From the NCBI RefSeq assembly GCF_009914755.1, contig NC_060928.1: a stretch of DNA of 64,000 bases, one strand, 5' to 3'. The stretch is from the human T2T-CHM13v2.0 reference genome, Homo sapiens. How positions within the stretch are numbered: the first letter of the stretch is position 1; every line of letters begins with the position of its first letter. A program made the translations under genes and the position numbers. Shown one piece after another: positions 42,448 through 54,369 of the stretch. The notes under the pieces were generated by a model that was not told where the DNA came from, did not search any database, and worked only from the letters and a program-made list of their open reading frames with translations.

Positions 42448-42669
42448 CTGCCCCAGGTTTTTGCCCTTCTTACTGCCGCCGAATGCCAGTCCTTGGTACA
42501 TGCCCGCAGATCGATTGGCGGCCTGACCAGGCGTCTCCCCGCCCAGAGAGGACTTGATGGAGTTGAGTTTGGCCCGCGAACTGCCGATCTGTGAGCTCTC
42601 CACCATCAGCACCGCGGCCAGTAGGAGCAGGCAGCAGGACGAATCCTTGCTCCGCATCAACGCGGCCAT
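42448..42669 (-). CDS. DKK2: Dickkopf-related protein 2, exon 1 coding part (signal peptide and N-terminal region, aa 1-74)
   Basis: The translation MAALMRSKDSSCCLLLLAAVLMVESSQIGSSRAKLNSIKSSLGGETPGQAANRSAGMYQGLAFGGSKKGKNLGQ matches the recalled human DKK2 N-terminus. The start has a strong Kozak context (gagATGg). The frame ends at CAG|GTAGGA, a phase-0 donor at 42448/42447. 222 nt = 74 codons. Confidence 0.97.
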
Positions 42670-43388
42670 CTCCCGGCGAGGGGGTCCCCAGGAAGACGCA
42701 AAGCCCGGAGGGGTGGGAATGCAAAGGGAGGGAGGACCCCAACACGGGGCCCCTCACTTGGGTCGCGGGGGCTTGCAGATTGTGTTCCCTCAACCCTTCC
42801 TGGTTCGGGGACCCAGGACCCTATGAACTCAGTCTCACGCCTCAGGACAGAAATTAGCGGAACCCAAGCGAGACCCGCTTCTCCACCAGGACAGGAAGTT
42901 CTGCAATAACTGGAAGCAATCAAATGCGAGGCGCTTTCTCGCCAAGGAGGCGTGACCCAAGGTGCAAGAAAACCCAGCCCTGTGGATCGCACCGCTTCCG
43001 TTCCTTCTTGCCCCGCACCTCCTTGGTCCCGCCGGGATCTCGGCGGTTTAACTCTCCTCTTAATTGATCAGGAGGCCCGCATCAGCTCCTTCTCCTTCAA
43101 CTCAGTTGCTTTTCTCTCCTCTCTTTTCCTATCCTTTATGTGTCAAACTTTGCAGGACACAGTGCTCCTTTTCAAAGTTAGCAGGCGCTTTAGTAGGGGA
43201 TCAGGAGACGTCCCCGGACCGAATCCTCGAGATCTGAAGAGAATCGAGGTCCCCCACACGCGCACTCACAGTTGCCCCGAAGCGTTGTCCCCTGACTCAC
43301 AAGAGACAGCGAATCGCTGCCAGCGCAGCGATGCCTAGGGAGCGGACTTGCGCTACGCTCGCCGCGGGCTCCCGCTTTCTCTCTCTCT
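42670..43388 (-). other. DKK2: DKK2 exon 1 5'UTR (~720 nt, GC-rich); TSS predicted at ~43388
   Basis: Runs continuously from a CA initiator 31 nt downstream of the TATA box to the ATG, and agrees with the recalled DKK2 mRNA leader. The exact TSS is inferred. Confidence 0.8.
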
Positions 43389-43530
43389 GCTCTCTCCCCA
43401 GTCCTCTTTGCTTTTTATAGCTTCCCACAGTGAGGACTTTTTTTTTTTTTTTTACCTCCGCCCCCAATTCAAGAGTGACAAAGAGTGAAAATTTTTCTCT
43501 CACTCCCCACCGCTTCCGCCCCCCTCCTCT
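43389..43530 (-). promoter_or_regulatory. DKK2 core promoter: TATAAAAA (43419-43412), A16 tract (43453-43438), GC boxes (~43456-43465 and ~43515-43524)
   Basis: Plus-strand ctttttatag reads CTATAAAAAG on the minus strand. Plus-strand ctccgccccc and ttccgccccc are GGGGGCGG Sp/KLF-type boxes on the minus strand. Spacing to the exon start is canonical. Confidence 0.8.
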
Positions 43531-45038
43531 CTGCGTGCTGCTTCTGCTTCTGCGGCTTTCACTCCAGCTTTTCCTCCTCCTCATCCTCCCGCTCTGTCTC
43601 CACCCACAACTACTGGAAAAGGGGGATCTAGCTTTTCCATGAGGTGAATGGAACATAGGGGCTCCTAATTCCTGACAACAACTCCAGCGGTTGGAGGGGT
43701 CTTTGGAAACTGGCAGAGACCAAAGGTGGAAACGGAGTGGGGCAAGCTGACACCACTTGATCGCTGCCACCCTTTCTTAGATCTTCCCACCCATCTTCAG
43801 CCCCTGACTCCGCGAGGAGAGCTGGAAAAGCCCTATGGAAGCTTTAGAGAAGTGAGCATCTGCGCATCTGCTCATTAGTATTGTGTTCTTTGTGAGCTCA
43901 CGTTTGGTTTTAGACTGTGCCTCCCAGGGAGTGTGTGAAGCTGGAGCCACATAGGTGCGCCAGGGGGTGGCCAATGATCCGGATAGAGGGTCTGGAAGGA
44001 AAGGGGCAGACCAAAGAGGGGAAAAGATGAGCCTGTTCGATTTGGGTCTTTTTAGTCTCCTCCTTCGGAACCCCGGGCCCCGCCGCACTCGTAGAATATG
44101 TCTATGTCTCTGAGGGACTGGGAAGAAGGGGATGCTCTGGGTACGCTCCAAGGGTTTGGACCTCACAGCTCGAATGAGCATCTTTACCATGCCAGGCAAC
44201 TGCTCTTTTTGCGAATAGGAAATCCCAGATAGGAATGAACGGGGGCAGGGAGCCTTTGAGATCCTGTCTTCCTTGGCTTCCTGCCTTCTAGCCCCAGGGA
44301 ATTACAAGAGAAGCCATTCCTGTCAGCCCCCGGGTCTCTCCTGGTCCAATTCCCTTCGGCCGAAGGTCGAAGGCTGCTCCGGGAACGACTGGGACGCGCT
44401 GGCGCTTGGGGGCGCCAGTGGCAGCCGTTCAGCGAGCCACGGAAGTGCTGCAGGAGACAAGCGCTGAGTTCGGTGATGTCTGGTGGCCAAGTGCGAGACT
44501 TTCCAAGCAAAGCAAGGGATTGTTCGAAAGTTATTGCATTTCTGCTTCGCAGACACTAATGTCCAGGAGCAGAGAAATCCAAGCATTGAGCCACAACTTG
44601 AAGTTAGAAGGCAGCTAGCCGCCAGGGGAGGATACAAGCAGCATCCTCTTCAGAATTTTTGGACCTAGATTTCACAGCTTTCACACCTGATCCTGGCGCA
44701 TGTCCATGAGTACGAATTAAACTTGTCGCTAAGTGAGAACGTTGGTGACTCTTATTTTCCCCCAAAACAACGCAGAGTTCTAAAGTGTGGATTTAGAGCT
44801 ATTTTCTCCCAGACAGCTCCAGTTTTGCAAATTTCTCAGTCCTGACCTATGAGTCTGTCTGCCCTGAAATTCTTCATTTTCAGATTTTTTTTTTTAATAC
44901 ACAAGCAAACGGGGATTAAAATATGCACCCTCTGGCATGTGTTCTTATCTTTTGAATTTCCTTTCTTTAAGGTAGAGATTTTTCACATTTTAGTGTGTGG
45001 GGTTTTTTTTCCACTTTTTAAAAATATGCCAGGAATAA

Positions 45039-45335
45039 CAATATGGGTGACCCCTGAAGGACATCATACTAAGTGAACTCGACCAATCACAGAAAGACAA
45101 ATCCACTTATAGGAGGTACCTAAAATAGTTAAATGCATAGAATCAAAGTTGGAATGATGGTTACCAGGAATTGGAAGGAGAGGAGAATGGGGAGTTACTA
45201 TATCAATGATCATAAAGTTTCAGTTAACTAAGATGAATAAACTCTAGAGATTTGTCATATGGTATCGTACCTATAGCCAACAATAATGCATTGTATTTTT
45301 AAAAACTTATTGAGAAGGTAGATCTCATGCTATAT
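45039..45335 (+). mobile_element. L1MA/MB 3' fragment
   Basis: ggacatcatactaagtgaa...cacagaaagacaaat...tggttaccagg...aaagtttcagtta...gtagatct. Confidence 0.8.
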
Positions 45336-48300
45336 AGATATAAATTTTATATGTGTGTGACTTTATATACATGTATAATATATATATGTATTTATACATA
45401 TAACATGATTGTAGTAAGAACATTTAACATCTATATATGCCCAGTAATAAATTTGTAAGTTTATAAAGTTAAGTGAGGCATTCTAGGCACTAATAAAAGG
45501 CAAGGAAATGGGTCGTTACTCTATAAATAAGTACTTAACGATTCCGAGCTTAGACTTTACAGAAGAGTATATCTTTTGCCTTCATTCTGATTTGCCAATC
45601 AGAAAGCATGACAGAAATTGAGAAACTTAAGTTAGGAGTATACTGGTTTAAATATTTTTGAAAAGTAGCTTAGAGCAAAAGGAAAAGATAGAAGCTAAAC
45701 ATGTAGGCAACAGATCACTCTACATTCACTTGGAAGGGTGTAGACTTTGACCATATGTTGAAGAACAAACCCAAATGAACCATGAGAAAATGTGAAGATG
45801 CTTTGCCTATTTCTGTCACTTCCTTCTTTCTTTACCTCTAAATAAAATAATATCCCACATACACAGGCCTAACTTTACTCACATGTACTGCTAAACAGAA
45901 AACATATATCAAGCACAACACATTTACTCTCAGCTCTGAGTACCATCCTAAACACATTATCTCAGAGGCTTATTCAAACCCCGCAAGTTCCAAAAGCAAT
46001 TTTTTACAAATACAGTTAAATTAAAAGTCGACATAAAATCTACTTACACAAACATTCTTCCATATAGAACAAAATCAGACATATAGAATCAAAAGCTAAA
46101 ACATACACAATTACGCCTTAGGCTAAAAAGCAGTCAAAAACTAATTTCATTCATGACCCAAATGCTTTCTGTAAATTTTTTTTGACAGACAGAAACAAAC
46201 ATACATGACCCATATGTTGACAAGTAGATATGCACACACAAAATCAACTAACTGTAAATAAACATAATCCTGTGGATTACTGTCATGGCCCCATATGTGT
46301 TTTTCCTGTGTGTGTTTTCCTAAGTGTAAAGACAAAAGCTTCATATTTTACTTGGGAAAGTAGATTTTTATGCCATTTGCAATAATATAATTAGAGAGTA
46401 GATATTTAAAAACAAGACTGTACAAAAGCAGGATGTACAACCTTCCTGTCCAGAAGAAAGTGCCTTAATGGACATTTTTTCCTTTGGCCATACGTTCCCT
46501 CTTATCTTTGCTCCTCTAGCTGTGGGGCCATTTTGGTTCCATAGAAAAGCCACTGCTTTCTCAGCAGTTGTTTCTGGATCCTGGATTCCTTCTGAATACT
46601 TAATCCCAAAGGTAAGTTAAGTATATAACTTGTCACCTTAGTCTTGTTTACTGAAGCTTACTAATTTTCATCCCATTACCTCTCTCCCTGCATTAGTGAA
46701 TATTTCCTACAATAGCCTTTTTAGCAGTCGTTCATGCATTCGCCGTACAGGAAGCAAGTATGGGGCCCTGAGGACACAGAGGTGAATGAGTGGGGGTCTT
46801 GCCTCTAAAAGGGCTTGGAGCTCTGTAGACACCTTAATATACTAAAATCTGCTCCTAGCCCCTCTCAGAAGTTGCTGCTGTGAGCCTTTATTCTCATCCA
46901 CTGCTGAATTATGCCAGTCTCAGAGTTCAATCTGTCACAGGATAGCTGCAACTTGAATTCAAGCCAAGCTGGCTTGAATTCATGTGACTATGGGAATATA
47001 AGTGATCAGATATGTCCCCCAGAGTTCTTTTTTTCCTTCAGAATTAAATGCACATTTTAATGGTGTACATAGAGACAATACTTCTACATTTGTCGTTGAA
47101 CCCAAAGAAATGACCCTAGTGATGGTCATGTTAGGTCAATAAGAACAGAATAGCAAACCTGGGAAGTAAGATTGTCTTTGGTAGGTCCCATAGGACCACA
47201 AAGCATCTTGCACACACAGAATAGACATGAAAATCTTTAATGTATGGTTGAACCTTGATGGATGTTAAGGATCTGAAAAATAAGGTTATATGGGTTTTCC
47301 CTCTCCATAGTAAACCAAGCTACCTGGCTCTGTAGCCTAGTAATACTCATACTTTGAGAGTTTTATGTTTCTCCTCTGCCTAAGAACAACAGTCTCATGT
47401 GTTGCTGCAAATTAATTCTAAATACCTGGTAACAAATGTAAGCTTGCATTGATATTGTGAAAATTTTTTGTGTTTCTTGATGGGAATAATTTTCATACCA
47501 GATATGAAAAAATTGCATCTCCTATTTGATCCCTGCATTAGTTTCAGTTGTTGATGCTATCTTGATAAGGTCTCATGGACAACAGGACCAGCTAATAAAA
47601 AAGATCTCATCACCTACATTTGATTCACTAGCTATGTTTACAAAAACATGCACAAGTGAAATGGGTCAGAAGATTTCACAGTAAATCAGTCTGAAACAAT
47701 TGCTCAGCCAACGGCTTCTTTTTCGAACCTTAACGAGTTAGTCATCTTATCCATACTTCACCTGCCACTTAAATGAAAGAGGATTACTGAACAGATATTA
47801 CCCCTTGAGCCTGAACCCAAACAATAAAAAAAATGCAAATAACATAATCTGAAACTCAGGCAGATAAAAACTTCTGCTGAGCCTTGTGCATATATGTGAC
47901 CATAGATGGAGGTGGAATTAGAAAAAGTCATCAAATGTTTAATAAGAAACATTTTCCTTTACGATATAAAATTTTTGTTAGTTCTGTACAATGCATATCC
48001 TTTTTGGTAAGTTCTCACTGCTGAGTTCTGGCAGGTTTTTTCAAGATTCAGCTTTTGAAACAGTACTAAAGTACCAAGTAATACTTGGCAGTGAAAGAAT
48101 CATATGTTTAATTCTTGAGTGAGGTTCAATTCCAAGGAATCTCATCTTGATGAGCAACAAAACAAACAACATTTAGATAATCTGGACCAGTGATTTTCAG
48201 ACTCTGTTCCTTTCGGGTCTCTAGGGTTCTGCAGTGGTCTCAAAGTAAGTTGAGAACTGTGCTATTTTTTATAAGATTTCAGAGGAGAGGTGTCCAGCTC

Positions 48301-48954
48301 TTGGATCAAAGATAAATTTTAAGTGCCTGTTTTTGTTATTGTTTTATTGGACAAAATACTCTGTGAGCCGTCAACCCACCAAATACATGATGGATTGATT
48401 TCTACCCTGTTAGTATTACAGACAATTTCCAAAATGAACATTACTCAAATGGGGAAACTATTAAAAATATGGCAATTTATTTAGTCAGAAATGATTTGGT
48501 CATTTAAAGTAGGGAACATTAAAAATGAAAAGGCAGGGTAGCTAATCCATTCATTGTACAATGTGTTTATTCCTGATCAATTATCTGAACCTATGATTAA
48601 TGAATATGGCAAAACTTTAACTATACTCTTACCACACATAAAATAAACTGTGGTGCAGACTAAAAATAATGGAAAAACTACTTGCAAATAATAAAGACAT
48701 AGATTCTCAAGAGGCAACTCAAAAATCTGTCTTTGAAACATAACTGGGCTTGGTAACAGAAAATGAAAAATGTGCTTAGTTTATCTTTGGAAGATTCATT
48801 TGTAATAGATCCTACTTTTTGATGCTCTAGGTATAAATCATAATACCTAGGCTCAAAAATAGTTTGGGATATAAGAAAGTCAAGACACTATGCTGCAGTC
48901 AGCTTAAGGAATTTTATAGGTAACTGGCTTAGAATATACAGCAATAATAAAAGT

Positions 48955-49140
48955 AATAATAATAGTCAGATTTATTGAATGCCTTACATGTGCCAGGTTT
49001 GTTGAACACTTTACATATAGTGTCTCTTATTTGTATCCCACAATTCATCCCTTTAAGACAATGAATGTACAGTCCAATATTAAAATAATACTGAGCAAAG
49101 AGTAGCTTGCAGCACAGTGTGTCTCCATTTGTAGTAACGA
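48955..49140 (-). mobile_element. MIR SINE
   Basis: atttattgaatgcctt.catgtgccagg...actttacatat...atcc.cacaa. Confidence 0.65.
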
Positions 49141-49407
49141 ATGCCCAGTTATGGCAATAATGTGGAAGGCACACAAGAAAAGGGGAACCCATCAGAAGAA
49201 ATTGGAGGTGCCATTTCACCCTTGTAGCAGGCCCCAACACAGATTCCTCTGAAGGAGCTAAAATAAGTCATTTGGTAAACGGTTGCAAAGAACACCAAAA
49301 ATATAAGTACATGACTACATGTATTGAAGCTTTGCCTAATATAGTAAAACTCTTGGGCCTTAAAAATCATATAGCAGAGAACTTAAAAAGGCCCTCTGCT
49401 ACAGATG

Positions 49408-49798
49408 GCATATTAGATTTCTAGGGATTCCATAACAAAATGATACAGATTTAGTGGCTGAAACAACAGAAATGCATTTCCTTACCATTTAGGAGGCCAC
49501 AAGTCTAAGATCGAGGTGTTGGTAGGTTTGGGCTCCTCTGAGGCTGCTCTCCTTGTCTTACAGATCACCACTTTCTCACCGTGTCCTCCTGTGGTCATCC
49601 CTACGTCTGTGTTCAAATTTCCTCTTCTTATAAAGAAACCAGTCATATTGGATTAGGACCTACCCTAATTTCATTTTAATTTAATTGCCTCTTTAAAGAA
49701 CTCATCTCCAAATGTGGTTACATTTTGAAGTAGTAGGACTTAGGGCTTCAACATATGAACTTGGCAGCAGGGCGTGGGGCAAAATTCAGCTCATAACA
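49408..49798 (-). mobile_element. MaLR solo LTR (MLT1A/B-like)
   Basis: ccataacaaaat...gtggct.aaacaacagaaat...aagtc.aagatc.aggtg...aaatttcctcttcttataa...cagtcatattggattagg...cttcaacatatgaa...aattcagc.cataaca. Confidence 0.88.
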
Positions 49799-52263
49799 GA
49801 TAGATTTATACATGTAGTTGCATATTAAAACACTTGGGAAAAGAGTAACATTTCTGTACACAAGACATACAGCAGTTTCTCAGAGTTCCTAAACTCAAAG
49901 GAGAACTGTGTTATATGTTTATTTTGAAAACATTATTTAAATATTTTTATTACCATTTTATTTCTGGATCTGTGTTAATGATATTCATTTTTTCACCTTC
50001 TCTTTTTGTGTGACTTATGGCTAAATTAGAAATCAGCCAACTGAGTCTGACTGTGATTGTCAATATTCCACTGGGGCCCTGAAAAGGAAAAGAGAGAATG
50101 CAAGCAATTTGCCAAGAAGATAAAGTCATTTCTACATTTTTTATAAATGCCTGGTTAATGAAAGATGGAAACAATAAAACATATCAGTACATGATAGAAA
50201 AGTGAAATCATGGTAGATCAAAGGAAAAGGAAGCAGCAAACAAAACTACAGTGATCTAGCAATCAGCAAGTTGTTCTGTTACTAACTTAATTTGTCCATT
50301 TATTTAATTTGATTTGTTTAATTTACTCAGAAAGTTAATAGTTCCTTGGAATCACAGTACCTTTAATTAATTCAAGGCTGTGCTAAATATGTGAAAACAG
50401 AGGGGATATCTAATTTCATTGAAACTGGTAATGAAATCACTTTTAATATAAGTGCACTTGACCACTTAGTCTTTAAGTTATTAAGAAATCTGATTTGGAA
50501 TAAGCTCAAATTTACTTTAGCTTTTTGTTGTTTTTTTCTGAAATTTATAAAATGTATTTTGGTTGTTATTGTCAAGAATGTATGTGAACATTTGTATATA
50601 TCAAAGAACAATCAATATCTCCAAGAACATAACAGCTGTTTATATGTTACAGTTGAAATTGTTGGGTTAGCCTTGTCCTCCAATGCCAATCAATGTTGTA
50701 TTTTTAAATTAATAATAAAATGAAACTCTCAAACCTTTGATCAATTTGCCTTTTATATATCAAAATGTATTGTATAAATATGCTCAGTATTAACAGAAGT
50801 ACTGAAAGTTTAAAACCATCTTTTTGTTTTATAATATTCAATGTACCTCACCCCACCACTTAACACTGGAGGTAGCTACCACTGAGGCCAGGAATATATG
50901 GACTATAGCTATAAACTGGGGCTCTTTTTAACATGAAAAGGTAAGCTAATTTCCAGCCTTCTAAATACAACTTCCAAATTCACTAAATTACTTCGTGTTC
51001 CTCCTATATGTTAGCATAATTTTAGAAGGTAATTCATTAGAAAAGCCCCCAGCTGCAAGTTCTAACCAAAAGTTATACATGTTATAGTCCAAACTCTTCA
51101 TTCTCTTTAGCCAAGTGTAGATACTGCCTAAGATGGCTGATTTTAAATTAATTTGTATGATGATATCTGTCACTCACTTGTGAAACACTTCCTGAATATA
51201 GCTGACACAATCATACCCAATTTTCTGTTTCAGGGACTATTTAATGTTAAAAATGTCTCTAAGGAAATCATTCTAAGGAATGCCTCTAAGTAAATCTATA
51301 TATGTGGGGGATGGAAAAGACAACCCATCATGGTATTATTCTCTGACAACAAAAGAATTCCTGTTAATGGTTAGTAATGGTTATTATTGTTTGTTTTAAG
51401 TAGTGATCTTATAGTGATTATTAGTCGGAAATACTGAGAGGTCCAAGTTCATGCAGCAGAGGGCAGTAATGGACACTTGTCATGGTAAGAGAGATGAGCC
51501 AGAGATTATTACAAAGTAATTTTTCTGGAGAAAAGTGTTTAATGGCCTTTCCTATACCAGTGTTATTAAATAGAGGAGAACTGATAAATAAATGCATCTA
51601 TTCCTCTCATGAAAAGTTTGCAACACTCTTCAAATATTAGATTGACTGAACTAAAAAAACATTCAGAAGGTTTTCTCTTATCTAACTTCATAGAAAAGGA
51701 ACGATTTTCCTATGCCAAGGCATATGCAGATGTTGCCCATGTAGCATTGTAAAAGCTCTTCCAAACTACTCAGAAACAGAGGCAGGTAGGCAACTTTGTA
51801 AATGGTCTCATGACTGTGCAGAATGCATTGGAAATTAACAGCACCTTTTTCATCTTACTTACTACCACTTTATTATCTGTCTTTCTCTCACTACCTGAAA
51901 AAAATGCAACAAAATCCAAGGACTTCCATCTTTACCTTCCTTTAGTTGCTGTACTGCCTACTACGTTAACGATGTTAGCAATGTTTTGTCTTTGTTCTTT
52001 CAAAAATTACTTCAGCAAGCTGTTTCTTTCTTCAATCACATTATCCCGAATTTACACCTTGTTCCACCGCTTGAAATAAACCATCAAATAAAGCAGACCC
52101 AAAACAATGGTAGGAGGTGAGGATGTTATTCAAAATTTTCATAGGTAAAAATTTGAAGGTAGAATCTGGGAATACATGATGGCATAGTTTTTCTAACTCA
52201 TGCGGTGCTATGTAAAACCAGAAAAAGAGATGAGGATAACAATTCCCCAAAATGCACATACGA

Positions 52264-52271
<8 letters not shown>

Positions 52272-52313
<42 letters not shown>
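52272..52313. repeat. (CA)21 microsatellite
   Basis: Directly visible, perfect run. Confidence 0.97.
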
Positions 52314-52314
<1 letters not shown>

Positions 52315-52409
52315 CATCTAGAGTAAAATTAGGTGACAAGGTGAGTAAGCCTAATTCCCAATAATTACAAGGCCCACATAATATCAGTTACTATAAAAAA
52401 GGAAGTTTG

Positions 52410-52714
52410 GGCTGGGTGCGGTAACTTAGGCATGTAATCCTAGCACTTTGGGAGGCCAAGGCAGGCAGATCACTTTAGGTCATGAGTTCAAAACCAGCCT
52501 GGCCAACAAGGTGAAATCCCGTCTCTACTAAAAATACAAAAAAAAAAAAAAAATTAGCAGAGTGTGGTGGCGGGCGCCTGTAATCCCAGCTGCTTGGGAG
52601 GCTGAGGCAGGAGAATCACTCAAACCCAGGAAGTGGAGGGTTGCAGTGAGCCAACATCATGCCACTGCACTCTCCAGCCTGGGTGACAGAGTGAGACTCC
52701 ATTTCAAAAAAAAA
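52410..52714 (+). mobile_element. Alu (AluS)
   Basis: Full Alu with an expanded middle A tract and TSD aaaaaaggaagtttg. Confidence 0.95.
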
Positions 52715-54039
52715 GGAAGTTTGAGGGAAAGCAATGGAGCTCTGAGAACAAGAGAATCCTCAAATTTCCAACAGATCCTCATTGGAAAGAGCACAGCCAA
52801 TCTGAAAATAGTAGACAAAATCAGAAGAAAATGGATTCTGCAGGCCCTAATTCCAGGATCAAAGCCCCTGGTGAGGAGAAATTGTTTGGAGTAGAATCCA
52901 AATTGAGCAGGCTAAGAAATTAGGGACAAAAGAAAAAATTCTAAATGAAAGTCAGGATGGAGAGGAAGCAGATCTCAAAAATGTGACACCATTTTAAGCA
53001 TCACCTCATAAAAACAATAGAAGAGGGGGTGCCAAGAACAATGAAACTAGAAAAGTTATTCTGGCCCAACCATCTCTCTGATAGCAAAGGAAAACTTATT
53101 TGCCTTAAACCTGGTAACCAAACGAGACTGTGGTCCAATCATGTGTATATCTAATATGACAAAAAAGAAAACAAGGACAAAATAGCATCAATAGAAGCAA
53201 GCTATAAAGCAATGTCAGAGAATACATATAAACAGTAACTTAATATTCAAAATATGCTACAATTTTTAAGAAATATATGTAAACAATGAAAGAACATTAT
53301 AAATCAGAACTAGAAAATTTCCAATCATGTTTCAAGAAAAAAGGATTTGAAGAAGTGATGTAAGAAGAAAAATCATTTCAGAATGAAGATTAAACTGGAA
53401 AGAACAAAAAAGCAACATATAATGCTTTAGGATAAATATAAGATGGGAAAGAGAAAATTAGGAGAAATAAGTAAAGAGATAAAAAATTCAACAGAATAAT
53501 ATAGATGCGATAGATAAAGAAGATCCAACATACTTATAATAGTTTTCACCAAATAAGAAACACAAGCAATGAAACAAGTCAAATACTAAAAACAATAATC
53601 AATTTTTTTTCTAAAATAATGAGAACAAAACCAAAAAGATTTCAAACTACCTATATACTTTCTTAGGGGAAAATAAATCCAGGATGGACAACACCATGAC
53701 ATATTCTAGTAAAACTACTGACCTTGAAAAAAACAACCTTTGGCCAGTGGGCAAAAACATCATGTCACTTACAAAGAACATTTCAACAGACACGTTTTAT
53801 ATCAGAAGACAATTAAGTAACATATTTAGGATACCCAAGAGATGAAAATGTGAACTAATAATTTTAAATCCAGCTAAACTGATCTTCACATAACAGTTTT
53901 CAGACAAAATGGTTTACGAATGCAAGAAGTCAGAAAACATTATTACATAAGACCCACCTTGGAAATTTACCAGAAAACAGTATTAAAACAACTACAATGA
54001 TTGGCAAGATTGAAATATGGACTGATATGAAAGACACTG

Positions 54040-54369
54040 AGCAACTAAAGACCTAGAGGGGGGAAAAACTGACTTTAAGACAATTAGTAAAAGAAGATCT
54101 AAAATTTTATCAATTAAAAAAATTCTGTCAATGCTCAATTTACCACTAAAAGACCCATTTTTGGAAGGTCATATTTTATTTCCTTTTATAGACCTGCTGT
54201 CTTGTATTTTACTTAGTCTAACATTAAATGAATTACAATTCCCTAAGTAGTCACATTTTTTGAAAGAAAGAAGCCATAAATCATGTCACTTATTGGCAGA
54301 GATAGGGCTAGGGATAAATTCAGGACAGAAAATCCAAAATATATTATAGTTGAGAATAGGGACTATGAT
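54040..54369 (+). repeat. Local duplication A, copy 1 (paired with 57114-57456)
   Basis: Long shared blocks such as aagacaattagtaaaagaagatctaaaa, tattttacttagtctaacattaaatgaatt and ggacagaaaatccaaaatatattatagtt. Confidence 0.95.

Larger units (their letters stand above)
40950..44490. promoter_or_regulatory. CpG island domain spanning the DKK2 promoter, exon 1 and the first ~1.5 kb of intron 1 (CpG-rich blocks ~41.2-41.8, 42.2-43.5, 43.8-44.5 kb)
   Basis: GC content and CpG density are visibly high compared with the CpG-depleted, AT-rich remainder of the window. Confidence 0.85.

Noticed and set aside
41122-44668. Many overlapping 60-197 aa ORFs on both strands around the promoter
   Set aside because: These are expected in GC-rich CpG-island DNA with few stop codons. 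Most start at non-ATG codons and none resembles a known protein.
45335-45470. AT/TA-rich low-complexity tract followed by a possible inverted L1MA snippet
   Set aside because: The similarity is too weak to call an inversion structure by eye.
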